From positions 1 to 44,069 of the forward strand of contig JBHPHB010000004.1 in the NCBI GenBank assembly GCA_042569985.1: a stretch of 44,069 bases of DNA, in the 5' to 3' direction. The notes beneath the pieces were generated by a model, which had not been told where the DNA came from, did no database searches, and worked only from the letters and a program-made list of their open reading frames with translations. Origin of the DNA: Spirochaetota bacterium (GTDB taxonomy: Bacteria; Spirochaetota; UBA4802; UBA5550). This document shows, one piece after another, positions 1 through 9,098 of this stretch; position 1 is the first letter of the stretch, and every line of letters begins with the position of its first letter. Position numbers and translations under genes: made by a program.

Positions 1-37
1 CCATTAAGGCACCCATGCCTGTCAGATGAGGTTGATG

Positions 38-133
38 GCCCTTCGGGAAGCTTCGCTAGAAACGCAGGCACAGCGCCCTGAGCGCAGCGAAGAAGTGCCC
101 TTGGGGTAGATGTGCCAATATGCGTTTGCCCCG
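38..133. repeat. Degenerate REP-like palindromic element upstream of cobT
   Basis: GC-rich patch in AT-rich DNA; inverted repeat CTTCGCT (51-57) / AGCGAAG (86-92) around CCCTGAGCGC; only one copy in the window. Confidence 0.35.
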
Positions 134-190
134 GAGGGGGGCTGATATAGGTTGGATAAAAATAATTATAAATATCAGGAGAATTTTTTA

Positions 191-1231
191 ATGGATTTGA
201 TTAACAGAACAATTGAAGGTATCGGAAAACTCAATGAAGAGGTTATGGAAAAGGCACAGGAACGGTTGAATTACCTCCTTAAACCGCCGGGAAGCCTGGG
301 AAGGTTGGAAGATATTGCCAGGCAGCTAGCGGGTATTACCGGTGAGATAAATAATGAAATAAGCAAGAAAACAATAATTGTCATGGGCGGTGATAATGGT
401 ATTCTCGAGGAGAATGTTAGCTCATATCCCGGCGAGGTGAGCCTTTCCGTTGCCCAGACTATGGTTAATGGAATTTCAGGTGTTGCTGTTCTTGCAAAGT
501 ATGCCGGTGCTGATCTGAAAGTGGTTGACCTGGGCCTTAATGGTGAGGTTAAGGCAGATGGCATTATAAACAGGAAAATACGAAATGGCACATCTAATTT
601 TGCAAAGGGCCCTGCAATGACCAGGGATGAAGCAGTAAAGGCCATTGAAACAGGGATTGAAATAACCAACGATGCCATTGATGAGGGGGCCAGGCTTTTG
701 GGCACAGGTGAAATTGGGATTGGTAATACAACAACGAGCAGCGCCATCCTCTATGCCTTTACAAAGGGCAACCTTGATGAACTGGTTGGAAGAGGTGCGG
801 GAATTACCGATGAGGGCCTGGAGCATAAAAAGGAAGTAATTTTACGGGCAGTGGAGCTTAACAAACCAGATCCCCGGGACCCAATTGATGTTATATCAAA
901 GGTGGGCGGCTTTGATATTGCCGGTCTTACGGGCTGTTATCTTGCTGCTGCTGCCGGGAGGGTGCCCATTGTAATTGACGGATTTATTTCCGGCGTGGCA
1001 GCCGTTTGTGCCTATAAGCTTAAAGAGGAAGCAAGGGACTTTATGCTCACTTCACATGTGAGCGTTGAACCGGGCACTGCAAAAGTATCTGAGATCCTCG
1101 GGCTTGCCCCCATGCTCGATATGAATATGCGCCTTGGCGAGGGAACGGGATGTGCCCTTGCATTTAATATAATTGAGGCAGCCACAAAGATGATGAACGA
1201 AATGGGCACATTTCGTGATATAGGGATGTAG
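191..1231 (+). CDS. cobT: Nicotinate-nucleotide--dimethylbenzimidazole phosphoribosyltransferase
   Basis: KPPGSLGRLE, GEIGIGNTT, DGFIS and MRLGEGTG motifs; ATG at 191 preferred over TTG at 152. Confidence 0.95.
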   Translation: MDLINRTIEGIGKLNEEVMEKAQERLNYLLKPPGSLGRLEDIARQLAGITGEINNEISKKTIIVMGGDNGILEENVSSYPGEVSLSVAQTMVNGISGVAVLAKYAGADLKVVDLGLNGEVKADGIINRKIRNGTSNFAKGPAMTRDEAVKAIETGIEITNDAIDEGARLLGTGEIGIGNTTTSSAILYAFTKGNLDELVGRGAGITDEGLEHKKEVILRAVELNKPDPRDPIDVISKVGGFDIAGLTGCYLAAAAGRVPIVIDGFISGVAAVCAYKLKEEARDFMLTSHVSVEPGTAKVSEILGLAPMLDMNMRLGEGTGCALAFNIIEAATKMMNEMGTFRDIGM

Positions 1232-1234
1232 ATT

Positions 1235-2731
1235 ATGGCAAAAGTCATCATGGTACAGGGAACTGCCTCCACCGTAGGGAAAAGCATAATCACAGCGGCA
1301 CTGTGCAGGATATTCTTTCGCGACGGATACAGTGTTGCTCCCTTTAAGTCTCAGAATATGGCCCTCAATTCATTTATAACCGAAGAGGGGCATGAAATGG
1401 GAAGGGCGCAGGTTGTTCAGGCAGAGGCATGCGGGATAAAACCAAGCTCCTTGATGAATCCCATCCTCATAAAACCTACCAGTGACGCCAGAGCGCAAAT
1501 AATCATAAATGGAAGGGTGTATAAAAATCTTGATGCAATGGAGTATGGCAATTACAAGACCGAAGCAAAAGCTATTGTAAAGGAAGCATTTTTAGGGCTT
1601 TCAGAGAAATTTGACATCATTGTTATAGAGGGAGCCGGAAGCCCTGCCGAAATTAACCTTAAAGAAAATGATATTGTAAATATGGGCATGGCTGAAATTG
1701 CCGATTCACCGGTCCTTCTTGTGGGTGATATAGATAAGGGCGGAGTCTTTGCCCAGCTTGCGGGCACAATGCAGCTGCTTGAGGAACATGAAAAATCCAG
1801 GGTAAAGGGAACCATAATAAATAAATTCAGGGGAGACGTTGAACTTCTGAAACCGGGCCTGTGTATGATTGAGGATATTATTAAGATCCCCGTTCTCGGT
1901 GTTATTCCCTACATGGACCTTAATATTGATGATGAGGACAGTGTTACTGACAGGTTTAAAAAAAGCAACAGCAGCGGTGAGATAAATATTGATGTAATAC
2001 AACTTCCATATTTATCCAATTTTACTGACTTCAATGTTTTTGATATTTATGATGATGTAAACCTGAGGTTTGTTGCAAGGGACCACGAAATTGGTGACCC
2101 CGATATTATTATAATACCGGGGAGCAAAAACACCATTGCCGACATGGAATTTATAAGGCATGAACAATTGGACAGGAAAATTATTGACCACTATAAAAAG
2201 GGTAAACTCCTTGTGGGTATATGCGCGGGCCTTCAGATGCTGGGGAAAAGCATTGAGGACCCCTATGGTCTCGAAGGCCATGCAAATAAAATTGATGGCC
2301 TTGGAATAATTGACATTAAAACAGTCATTGAAAAGGATAAGGTTACAAAACAGGTTAAGGGTACCGTCACAGGGGAAAGCGGATTTCTCAGAGGCTTAAA
2401 AGGAAAAGTAATTGAGGGTTATGAAATCCATATGGGAAGGAGTTCCGGGAAGATAAAAGAAAATACATTTATTGATACTGAAAATGGTGAAACAGGAATT
2501 TTACATGATAATATAATGGGCACATACATCCATGGTATTTTTGATAATTCAGAATTTACAAGGGGCCTCCTGAACAACCTCAGAGAGGACAGGGGACTTC
2601 CTGTGATGAGCGGAAATATAAGTTATGGTGATTTTAAGGAGCAGGAGTATGACAGGTTGGCTCAAACTGTTAGGCAAAATCTTAATATGAAAGCTGTTTA
2701 TGGTATACTTGATGGTAAGGAGGTTAAATAG
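1235..2731 (+). CDS. cobQ: Cobyric acid synthase (CobQ/CbiP)
   Basis: QGTASTVGKS P-loop, PFKSQNMALNS, EGAGSPAEINL; glutamine amidotransferase GICAGLQM and TYIHG. Confidence 0.96.
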   Translation: MAKVIMVQGTASTVGKSIITAALCRIFFRDGYSVAPFKSQNMALNSFITEEGHEMGRAQVVQAEACGIKPSSLMNPILIKPTSDARAQIIINGRVYKNLDAMEYGNYKTEAKAIVKEAFLGLSEKFDIIVIEGAGSPAEINLKENDIVNMGMAEIADSPVLLVGDIDKGGVFAQLAGTMQLLEEHEKSRVKGTIINKFRGDVELLKPGLCMIEDIIKIPVLGVIPYMDLNIDDEDSVTDRFKKSNSSGEINIDVIQLPYLSNFTDFNVFDIYDDVNLRFVARDHEIGDPDIIIIPGSKNTIADMEFIRHEQLDRKIIDHYKKGKLLVGICAGLQMLGKSIEDPYGLEGHANKIDGLGIIDIKTVIEKDKVTKQVKGTVTGESGFLRGLKGKVIEGYEIHMGRSSGKIKENTFIDTENGETGILHDNIMGTYIHGIFDNSEFTRGLLNNLREDRGLPVMSGNISYGDFKEQEYDRLAQTVRQNLNMKAVYGILDGKEVK

Positions 2732-2942
2732 CATCTTAATTACTGCAGGGTCATTGTTTGTTCGGCTGTTAGTGGTCCCAGTGATTATCCCCGCCCGGCA
2801 AGGCTTTTTGACATATTGATTTCATTTTTAAAAAAGGATTTTTTTGTTGACAACGAATATCTTTTGAATTTTACCTGAGTAAAATTATTCGATTCTATGA
2901 AATAATTTTAACAAGAAAAAATTAAGAAAAAGGAAAAATGTT

Positions 2943-3863
2943 ATGTCACCCGATTCTCTTAATGATATGTTAAAAAAATTTGAGTTTATTGTTAATACCT
3001 CAAATGAATTTATGACTTTAATTAACCGTGATTACGAGTATGAAGCGGCAAACCTGGCCTATTGTAATGCTCATAACAGGAAGCAAAAGGATATTGTCGG
3101 TAAGACCGTAGCTGAAATCTGGGGCGATGAAAAAAGTGAGATCATTAAAGGGTATATCCAGGAATGCTTTGCCGGGAGGCAGGTGCACTACGAATCGTGG
3201 TTTGAATTTCCCGCGCTTGGTTTGAGGTGCTTCGAGGTATACTGCTACCCCTATATTGAAAAAGGTGTTACCACGAATATGGTTGTTATTTCACGTGATA
3301 TAACAGCCCGCAAGAAGATGGAAGAGAGGGTGTTTGTGGACCCCTTGACGGGACTGTACAATTACCGTTACCTCATGCAGCGTATTGAAGAGGAATTCGA
3401 GCGTGCTACAAGATACAGGATAAACCTGTCAGTTCTATTTATTGATATTGATTTTTTTAAGGATGTAAATGATAAACTGGGGCATCAGATCGGGAATGAT
3501 GTCCTTTCACAGATTGCAAATATTCTCTTTACGTCAACGGAGACAACAATATCCGGTTACAGAAGCTTGAGAAAGGCTGATATTGTTTCCAGGTTTGGAG
3601 GTGAAGAGTTTGTAATCCTGCTCCCGGAAACTGTAAAGGGAGATGCAACACTAATTGCCGACCGTATAAGAAGCGGTGTGGAAAAATGCGAGTTTGAACA
3701 TTACAGGGACAACCCCGAAGTGAAAATTACCGTGAGCATCGGTGTATCCAACTTTCCCGATGACAGGAGCGCCAACTCTGGCGACCTGCTAAAGAAAGCC
3801 GACCTTGCAATGTATGACGCAAAAAACAAGGGCCGCAACAGGGTCAGTGTTTACGGCGGGTAG
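2943..3863 (+). CDS. PAS-domain diguanylate cyclase
   Basis: N-terminal PAS ending RDITARKKME; DPLTGLYN, DIDFFKDVND, intact GGEEF with an RxxD I-site (RKAD) five residues upstream. Confidence 0.92.
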   Translation: MSPDSLNDMLKKFEFIVNTSNEFMTLINRDYEYEAANLAYCNAHNRKQKDIVGKTVAEIWGDEKSEIIKGYIQECFAGRQVHYESWFEFPALGLRCFEVYCYPYIEKGVTTNMVVISRDITARKKMEERVFVDPLTGLYNYRYLMQRIEEEFERATRYRINLSVLFIDIDFFKDVNDKLGHQIGNDVLSQIANILFTSTETTISGYRSLRKADIVSRFGGEEFVILLPETVKGDATLIADRIRSGVEKCEFEHYRDNPEVKITVSIGVSNFPDDRSANSGDLLKKADLAMYDAKNKGRNRVSVYGG

Positions 3864-3891
3864 CCGGAAAAAACATATGGATTAAAACGCG

Positions 3892-3926
3892 TGAAGGCGG
3901 CCAAACTTTTGGACGCCTTCATTTTT
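3892..3926 (+). terminator. Intrinsic terminator between convergent cyclase and SDR genes
   Basis: Hairpin TGAAGGCG-GCCAAA..TTTGG-A-CGCCTTCA followed by TTTTT. Confidence 0.7.
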
Positions 3927-3951
3927 ATATGATGAAAATAATCCCTATGGT

Positions 3952-4710
3952 TTAAAGTCTTGCGCCCCCTGAAAGCTCAAGTACCTGTCCCGTAATAAAC
4001 GATGCCTCGTCTGATGCAAGGAACAGCATGGAGTTGGCCACATCAATAGGCTGCCCGATTCTTCCCATGGGATAACGTGTGGAAACATCCTCTTTCAGGG
4101 CCTCCCACATTTCAGGCTCCAGTGCGTTTTTTATTACATCAACTTCAACCAGTGCCGGGGCAAGGGCGTTAACATTAACATTGTACATGCCAAGGGTAAG
4201 GGCCAGGCAGCGGGTAAAGGCATATATGCCCCCCTTTGCTGATGCGTAGGTATACTGCATTGGACTGCCGCGCCATGTGAGGGAACTCATGTTTACGATC
4301 TTGCCGTATTTTTGGTCCATCATTATTTTCGAGGCTTCACTGCAGCACATTATGCATGATTTCAGGTTAACGTCGATATTATAACTCATCCTGTCATAAT
4401 CTATCTCATCTATGGCCGTCATATTGTCATAGTCACCACCAGCAATGTTGACCAATATGTCAAGGCGCTTGTATTCATCAATGGCATTTTCGAACATGGC
4501 TTTAATTTCATCCTGCTTTGTCACGTCGGTAACAATAATGCTTCCCTTGCCTTTATCATTTTTGATTTCCTTTAATACCTTTTCACAGCCTTCCTTGTTT
4601 ATATCGCTTAATATTACCGTGGCCCCTTCCTGGGCAAACCGAATTGCCGTTGCCCTGCCTATATCACCGGCTGCACCTGTAATAAGGGCAATTTTATCCT
4701 TTAGTCTCAT
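3952..4710 (-). CDS. Short-chain dehydrogenase/reductase (FabG-like)
   Basis: TGAAGDIG nucleotide-binding motif, catalytic YASAK, C-terminal FITGQVL. Confidence 0.9.
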   Translation of the reverse strand: MRLKDKIALITGAAGDIGRATAIRFAQEGATVILSDINKEGCEKVLKEIKNDKGKGSIIVTDVTKQDEIKAMFENAIDEYKRLDILVNIAGGDYDNMTAIDEIDYDRMSYNIDVNLKSCIMCCSEASKIMMDQKYGKIVNMSSLTWRGSPMQYTYASAKGGIYAFTRCLALTLGMYNVNVNALAPALVEVDVIKNALEPEMWEALKEDVSTRYPMGRIGQPIDVANSMLFLASDEASFITGQVLELSGGARL

Positions 4711-4762
4711 TGCGTAACCTCCTGTTTTGACCTTTTTTGTATTTTACAAAAGCTTTAGCAAG

Positions 4763-6235
4763 CTATCTTATTTTAATATATTCCATCTCTCCCTTTGATT
4801 CTTCATCTATTGATGAATAGAGGATATACACTCCCCTTAACTTGAAATCCTTTTTAATCATCGGGGGTATCTTTCCCGATATCAATTCCCCGTCAATATA
4901 TAGGTTTGCATGTTTGCCGTCATCGCTCATGAGAAGATATTCATGCCAATCTGATGTAGCCAGGGGTATCTTTCTGCCTGTTGCTATTATTTCTTCGCTT
5001 TTTAACATAACATAGAATATTTTTCCCCCTCCCAGGGAATAAATAAATATGGTCAATCCATCGCCACTGATGTACCTGGCGCGGCTGAGTATGCTAAATG
5101 CCTTTGATGAATTATACTTGCTGAAAAGGCCCGACACCTTACCACTGGGTGAGTTCAGTTGGGCAATATTTATTTTTCCCTTTGTTAAAAACCCAATTTG
5201 CAATTTATGGGCATTTTTAATATGGTTCCAGTTTTTTGGTGTATTAGAGTCTTTCCATTCCAAAAAGAGCTCTTCAAATGTCCAGTTTCCCATGGATTTT
5301 TTTATTTTAAATTTTGTGATATCCATTGGATTTAAGAATTTACCGAAAATCCATCCCCTCAGTCCCTTAAGTGAAATAATGCGATACCAGTAATCTCTTG
5401 TTTCACCGATCTGGTATGTATCCATTGACCTCTCAAGCTGTATGAGTATCTCATCCTTTTTTATTTTACCCACAAGTTTACCTTCAAGGCCCGGTGAATT
5501 TCTCAGGTTGACATTATCTCCTTTTAGTTGAAAAATTTTATTCACTTCCGGACTGGTGGGGTATCTCTGGCCAAAGGTTATTATTATATCCCATATATAT
5601 TTTTCCCTGTTTGCAAGTTTTAAGTTGCCCTTTTCGAATGTTTGAAAGAGCATTTTAACTATTTGGGAGATATAGTTTGTGTTGGGATATCTTTTGTAAT
5701 AGTTAACTATCGATATTATCATTTTACCGGGATTTGTTTTTTCGGTTTTTTGGAGCTCCTCAAAGTCGAGGTCTTCAATATAACTGCTGCCCCTGTATTT
5801 TGAAATAAATTCATCGTAAAACATACCCCTGGATATAATTCCGCTTTTTTTCAGTGACGGCACCAGGATGAGGTCGCCCTTGATTTTTTCGTTAATTTCC
5901 TTTAGTTCCTCTTCAACCTTTCTTTTATATTTTACATAGGCAGGGGTGTTCTTTTTATCCAGGGAAATTTTTTTTAGTTCATCACTGAAATCTTCTTCAA
6001 TCTGTTGGGCAAGCCTGTTTATTGCCCTGCACCTGTAGTAGTAAATCTTCTCACCTTTTTCATAGCCCGTAACTTTTATGAGGCGGTTTAGCATCTCAAT
6101 CGATTCAATATAATCTTCATCCTCAAATTCACTAATCGCAGACTCAAAAGGGTCACTGCTGGGAATGAAATAAACCAGTAGGAATATGGCAATTGCAAGA
6201 ATTAACGCTGAAATAATGATTTTTAATATTTTCAC
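4763..6235 (-). CDS. Membrane-anchored/exported SH3b-domain protein
   Basis: N-terminal hydrophobic helix; helical region; SH3b signature NVNLRNSP...WYRI...GWIFGKFL; beta-rich C-terminus. Confidence 0.7.
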   Translation of the reverse strand: MKILKIIISALILAIAIFLLVYFIPSSDPFESAISEFEDEDYIESIEMLNRLIKVTGYEKGEKIYYYRCRAINRLAQQIEEDFSDELKKISLDKKNTPAYVKYKRKVEEELKEINEKIKGDLILVPSLKKSGIISRGMFYDEFISKYRGSSYIEDLDFEELQKTEKTNPGKMIISIVNYYKRYPNTNYISQIVKMLFQTFEKGNLKLANREKYIWDIIITFGQRYPTSPEVNKIFQLKGDNVNLRNSPGLEGKLVGKIKKDEILIQLERSMDTYQIGETRDYWYRIISLKGLRGWIFGKFLNPMDITKFKIKKSMGNWTFEELFLEWKDSNTPKNWNHIKNAHKLQIGFLTKGKINIAQLNSPSGKVSGLFSKYNSSKAFSILSRARYISGDGLTIFIYSLGGGKIFYVMLKSEEIIATGRKIPLATSDWHEYLLMSDDGKHANLYIDGELISGKIPPMIKKDFKLRGVYILYSSIDEESKGEMEYIKIR

Positions 6236-6250
6236 ATCTCACCCTGTTTG

Positions 6251-6321
6251 TAGTTCAAAGTACAAAGTTCAAGGTCCAGTTGATTATTTACTTTGAACAT
6301 TGAACCTTAAACTTTGAACTA
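6251..6321. repeat. Inverted array of 7-bp tandem repeats
   Basis: AGTTCAA AGTACAA AGTTCAA GGTCCAG (6252-6279) facing TTGAACA TTGAACC TTAAACT TTGAACT (6293-6320); outer 11 bp perfectly complementary. Confidence 0.75.
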
Positions 6322-6349
6322 ACTGATGATTATATTTTATGATAATTAT

Positions 6350-7576
6350 TTATAGTTTGCCATTGATCATAAGTTCAATTAACCGGTGCCCTTCTTTGAC
6401 GAACAGGCCTGTTTTTTCTGCTTCCCTTTCGCAATAAGAAGATGCTTTCATGTCAATATAGGGGCTGTTGTCAAAGTTTTTATTTCTGTATATTGAAAAA
6501 GGAACGGGGTCCGAGGTGTGAGTGCGGATGCTTATGGGGGTAGGGTGATCCGATAAAACGATAACAGTACAGTCTTCAAAAACATCCATTCCCTTCAGGA
6601 CTTGTCCCACAACTTTTTCATCAAAGTCTTCAATTGACTTTATTTTATGCTCCAGATTTCCTTCATGCCCCGATTCATCGGGTGATTCAACATGGAGAAA
6701 TACAAAATTTGAATCTTTAAGTGCATCCAGCAGGGCCTTGCCTTTGCCGGTGTAGTTTGTATCAATATACCCAGTGGCACCTTCAACATGCAGGGGGATT
6801 AAGCCTATGGATTTCCCAATACCATTGATGAGGTCAACGGCAGAGATGGTGTAACCGTTCAAACCAAATCTCTTTTCCATTGAATCCATTGTGGGCTTTT
6901 TACCGCCACCCCATAACCATATTGAATTGGGCTTCCCCTTATATTTTGCACCTGCAGATTTAATCTCTTCTGATTTTGCAATTGTCTTTTTTGATTGTTC
7001 CATGAGTTTCATAAGTACGTCTGAACCTTCCCCCCTGGGAAGATAGTCATCTATGTCCTTGTCCTGTATATCATGGGGAGGGATAGTTTCAGTTATATCT
7101 TTATAAGGGTAGTTATGCCAAATCAGTATATTCCTATAAGAAACACCGGGATATAATTTAAGGTCTCTATGATTAATTTTTTCCGAAAGGCCCTTAATGA
7201 CAATTTTCGAGAATTCTGAATCGATATGCCCGGCAGAAAAATCTTCCATGATATTATTGTTTAAATTTACTATATTGCATCTGAATGCAGCATCATCGGG
7301 GCCAAAGTCAATTCCCATGTTTATTGCTTCAAGGGGTGCCCTGCCGGTGTAATAAACTTCGGGATTATATCCGAATACTGACAGGTTGGCGGTGTCGCTG
7401 CCGGGTAACATGCCATGGGGAATTGTTTTAACCATACCTGTAATCCCTTTTTGAGCAATGTAATCCATATTGGGCGTTCTGGCTGCTTCCAGTGGGGTTT
7501 TCCCGCCAAGTGATTCAATAGGGTAATCTGCCATCCCGTCTCCCAGGAGAATTGCAAGTTTTCTTTTCCCTATCAT
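6350..7576 (-). CDS. apgM: Cofactor-independent phosphoglycerate mutase, ApgM type (alkaline phosphatase superfamily)
   Basis: GDGMAD, KTPLEAARTPNMD, PGSDTAN catalytic Ser, DESGH, SDHPTP and HTSDPVP metal ligands. Confidence 0.88.
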   Translation of the reverse strand: MIGKRKLAILLGDGMADYPIESLGGKTPLEAARTPNMDYIAQKGITGMVKTIPHGMLPGSDTANLSVFGYNPEVYYTGRAPLEAINMGIDFGPDDAAFRCNIVNLNNNIMEDFSAGHIDSEFSKIVIKGLSEKINHRDLKLYPGVSYRNILIWHNYPYKDITETIPPHDIQDKDIDDYLPRGEGSDVLMKLMEQSKKTIAKSEEIKSAGAKYKGKPNSIWLWGGGKKPTMDSMEKRFGLNGYTISAVDLINGIGKSIGLIPLHVEGATGYIDTNYTGKGKALLDALKDSNFVFLHVESPDESGHEGNLEHKIKSIEDFDEKVVGQVLKGMDVFEDCTVIVLSDHPTPISIRTHTSDPVPFSIYRNKNFDNSPYIDMKASSYCEREAEKTGLFVKEGHRLIELMINGKL

Positions 7577-7583
7577 GAAAATG

Positions 7584-8000
7584 TCAGCTCCTGTCTGAAA
7601 TCCAACTGGAATTATCTGTGTAGAATTCCTTTTTCCAGATGGGCACTGTTTTTTTTATAGTATCTATGATGTACCTGGAAGCTTTGTATGCCTCTTCTCT
7701 GTGGGGCGATGAAAGTGCAATCAATATACTGGCTTCTCCAATATTTACTTTTCCGTACCTGTGAATGACAATGCAGCTGTTTAATGACCAGTTTTGATAA
7801 GCGCTGTTTATAATTTTTTCAAGCTCCTTCCCGGCCATGCTTTCGTAGATTTCGTATTCCAGGTATTTCACTTCTTTGTCTTTTGAAAGCTTTCTTGCCT
7901 GGCCGATAAAGCTTACAATTGCGCCGTCATTGTCTGTTCCAATTTGGGCCAATACTTTTTCTTGCTCAATTGGTTCTTTCTGGAAAATAAATTTTTTCAT
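7584..8000 (-). CDS. moaE: Molybdopterin synthase catalytic subunit
   Basis: GAIVSFIG, HRYG, SPHREEA, KKTVPIWKKE. Confidence 0.93.
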   Translation of the reverse strand: MKKFIFQKEPIEQEKVLAQIGTDNDGAIVSFIGQARKLSKDKEVKYLEYEIYESMAGKELEKIINSAYQNWSLNSCIVIHRYGKVNIGEASILIALSSPHREEAYKASRYIIDTIKKTVPIWKKEFYTDNSSWISDRS

Positions 8001-8010
8001 GGAAAACCCG

Positions 8011-8256
8011 TTAGCCGCCGCTCACCGGGGGAAAAATAGCAAGGACATCATCATCATTGAGGACTGTCTCTAAGGAGCAGTAATTTTCGTTTATTGCGTA
8101 GAGGAGAGTGTTTTTTGTATCGATAAAACATTCGTAATCTTTTGATAACTGTTCTATTATATCGTTTACTGATGAGTTATCTGAAGCAGTTATCTCTTTT
8201 TCTTCAAAGTTGCATGCTTCTTTAATTGATGCAAATGTCTTTATCCTGATTTTCAT
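8011..8256 (-). CDS. moaD: Molybdopterin synthase sulfur carrier subunit
   Basis: 81 aa ubiquitin-like protein ending FPPVSGG, adjacent to moaE. Confidence 0.93.
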   Translation of the reverse strand: MKIRIKTFASIKEACNFEEKEITASDNSSVNDIIEQLSKDYECFIDTKNTLLYAINENYCSLETVLNDDDVLAIFPPVSGG

Positions 8257-8681
8257 TTTTTACTCTTGCTTATGCTCCTTTTAACCATAAAGAGATAATG
8301 TTTGATATACGGCTGGAGGCTTTCATGAAACGAATAGACGTTCACATGTTTCTGGTTTTTCAAGATAGTGTCCAGACTGATTTTTGTTATGTCTTCTTCG
8401 CAGGTATCAATTACTATTTTGAAACGCCTTATGATTTCTCTGTCAACCGCGTCCAGAGATAGTTTGTTCATTTTTGAATGCAAATTCGAAAGATTTTTTT
8501 TCCTTTTAAGCTTGCTCTTTTTTGTTGTTTTGGCCGGTGCAGCTTTTGCTTTTGCCCTGGGCTTAGCTTCAGGTTTAACCTTAGCCTTTACTTTTGTCTT
8601 TGCCCTGGTTTTTACTTTTGGTTTTGTTTTAGGCTTTGCTTTTGGCTTGACGCTTGATTTCGCACTGCTTTTTTTTGCCAT
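8253..8681 (-). CDS. Lys/Ala/Pro-rich basic protein (H1-like N-terminal tail plus helical C-terminal domain)
   Basis: KPKAKPKTKPKVKTRAKTKVKAKVKP low-complexity repeats; AAGGA RBS-like sequence; 4-bp overlap with moaD start. Confidence 0.7.
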   Translation of the reverse strand: MAKKSSAKSSVKPKAKPKTKPKVKTRAKTKVKAKVKPEAKPRAKAKAAPAKTTKKSKLKRKKNLSNLHSKMNKLSLDAVDREIIRRFKIVIDTCEEDITKISLDTILKNQKHVNVYSFHESLQPYIKHYLFMVKRSISKSKK

Positions 8682-8879
8682 AAAATTATCCTTTTTGAAA
8701 TATGTTCAACGATAATTTGATATCGTTTTAAAGCTGTAAACACAATTTTTAAAAAATTTATATTTTTTAAATCTCCCTTTTAAAAAATCAGATATTTCAT
8801 TCACGTAATTTTAAAGAATACCGATTATAATATTGAGGAATATTTTTTCTAATTTGTTAAATATCAAGGAGTATTTGCT

Positions 8880-9011
8880 ATGATATGTCATAAGTGCGGA
8901 AAGAAAATTAATAATCTAAACCACTTTTATGTCCCCATGAAAAATAAGAGAGAGGGTTTAAGATATTGCGTAGAATGTGCCAGGAAGGAAAATATTGTTA
9001 CGCTGGTTTAA
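8880..9011 (+). CDS. Small zinc-ribbon protein, 43 aa (not in ORF track)
   Basis: MICHKCGKKINNLNHFYVPMKNKREGLRYCVECARKENIVTLV; two CxxC pairs; AAGGAG 8 nt before ATG; hairpin downstream. Confidence 0.75.
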   Translation: MICHKCGKKINNLNHFYVPMKNKREGLRYCVECARKENIVTLV

Positions 9012-9057
9012 TTTTTTTAATGGAAATGCAACTATTATATTTTACAGGTAATATATT

Positions 9058-9083
9058 GGGCAGGCATATTTTATAGCCTGCCC
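9058..9083. terminator. Hairpin between convergent zinc-ribbon gene and flaA
   Basis: GGGCAGGC-N10-GCCTGCCC perfect 8-bp stem; no strong U tract. Confidence 0.55.
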
Positions 9084-9098
9084 TCAATAATATCACTT

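Noticed and set aside
1-190. Cobalamin riboswitch upstream of cobT
   Set aside because: GGGAAG is present, but there is no B12-box (AGYCAGRANACCUGCC-like) or GCCACUG element; the sequence looks more like a palindromic repeat remnant
8708-8727. AACGATA-N6-TATCGTT inverted repeat
   Set aside because: Seven-bp arms in AT-rich DNA are plausible by chance; no second copy seen
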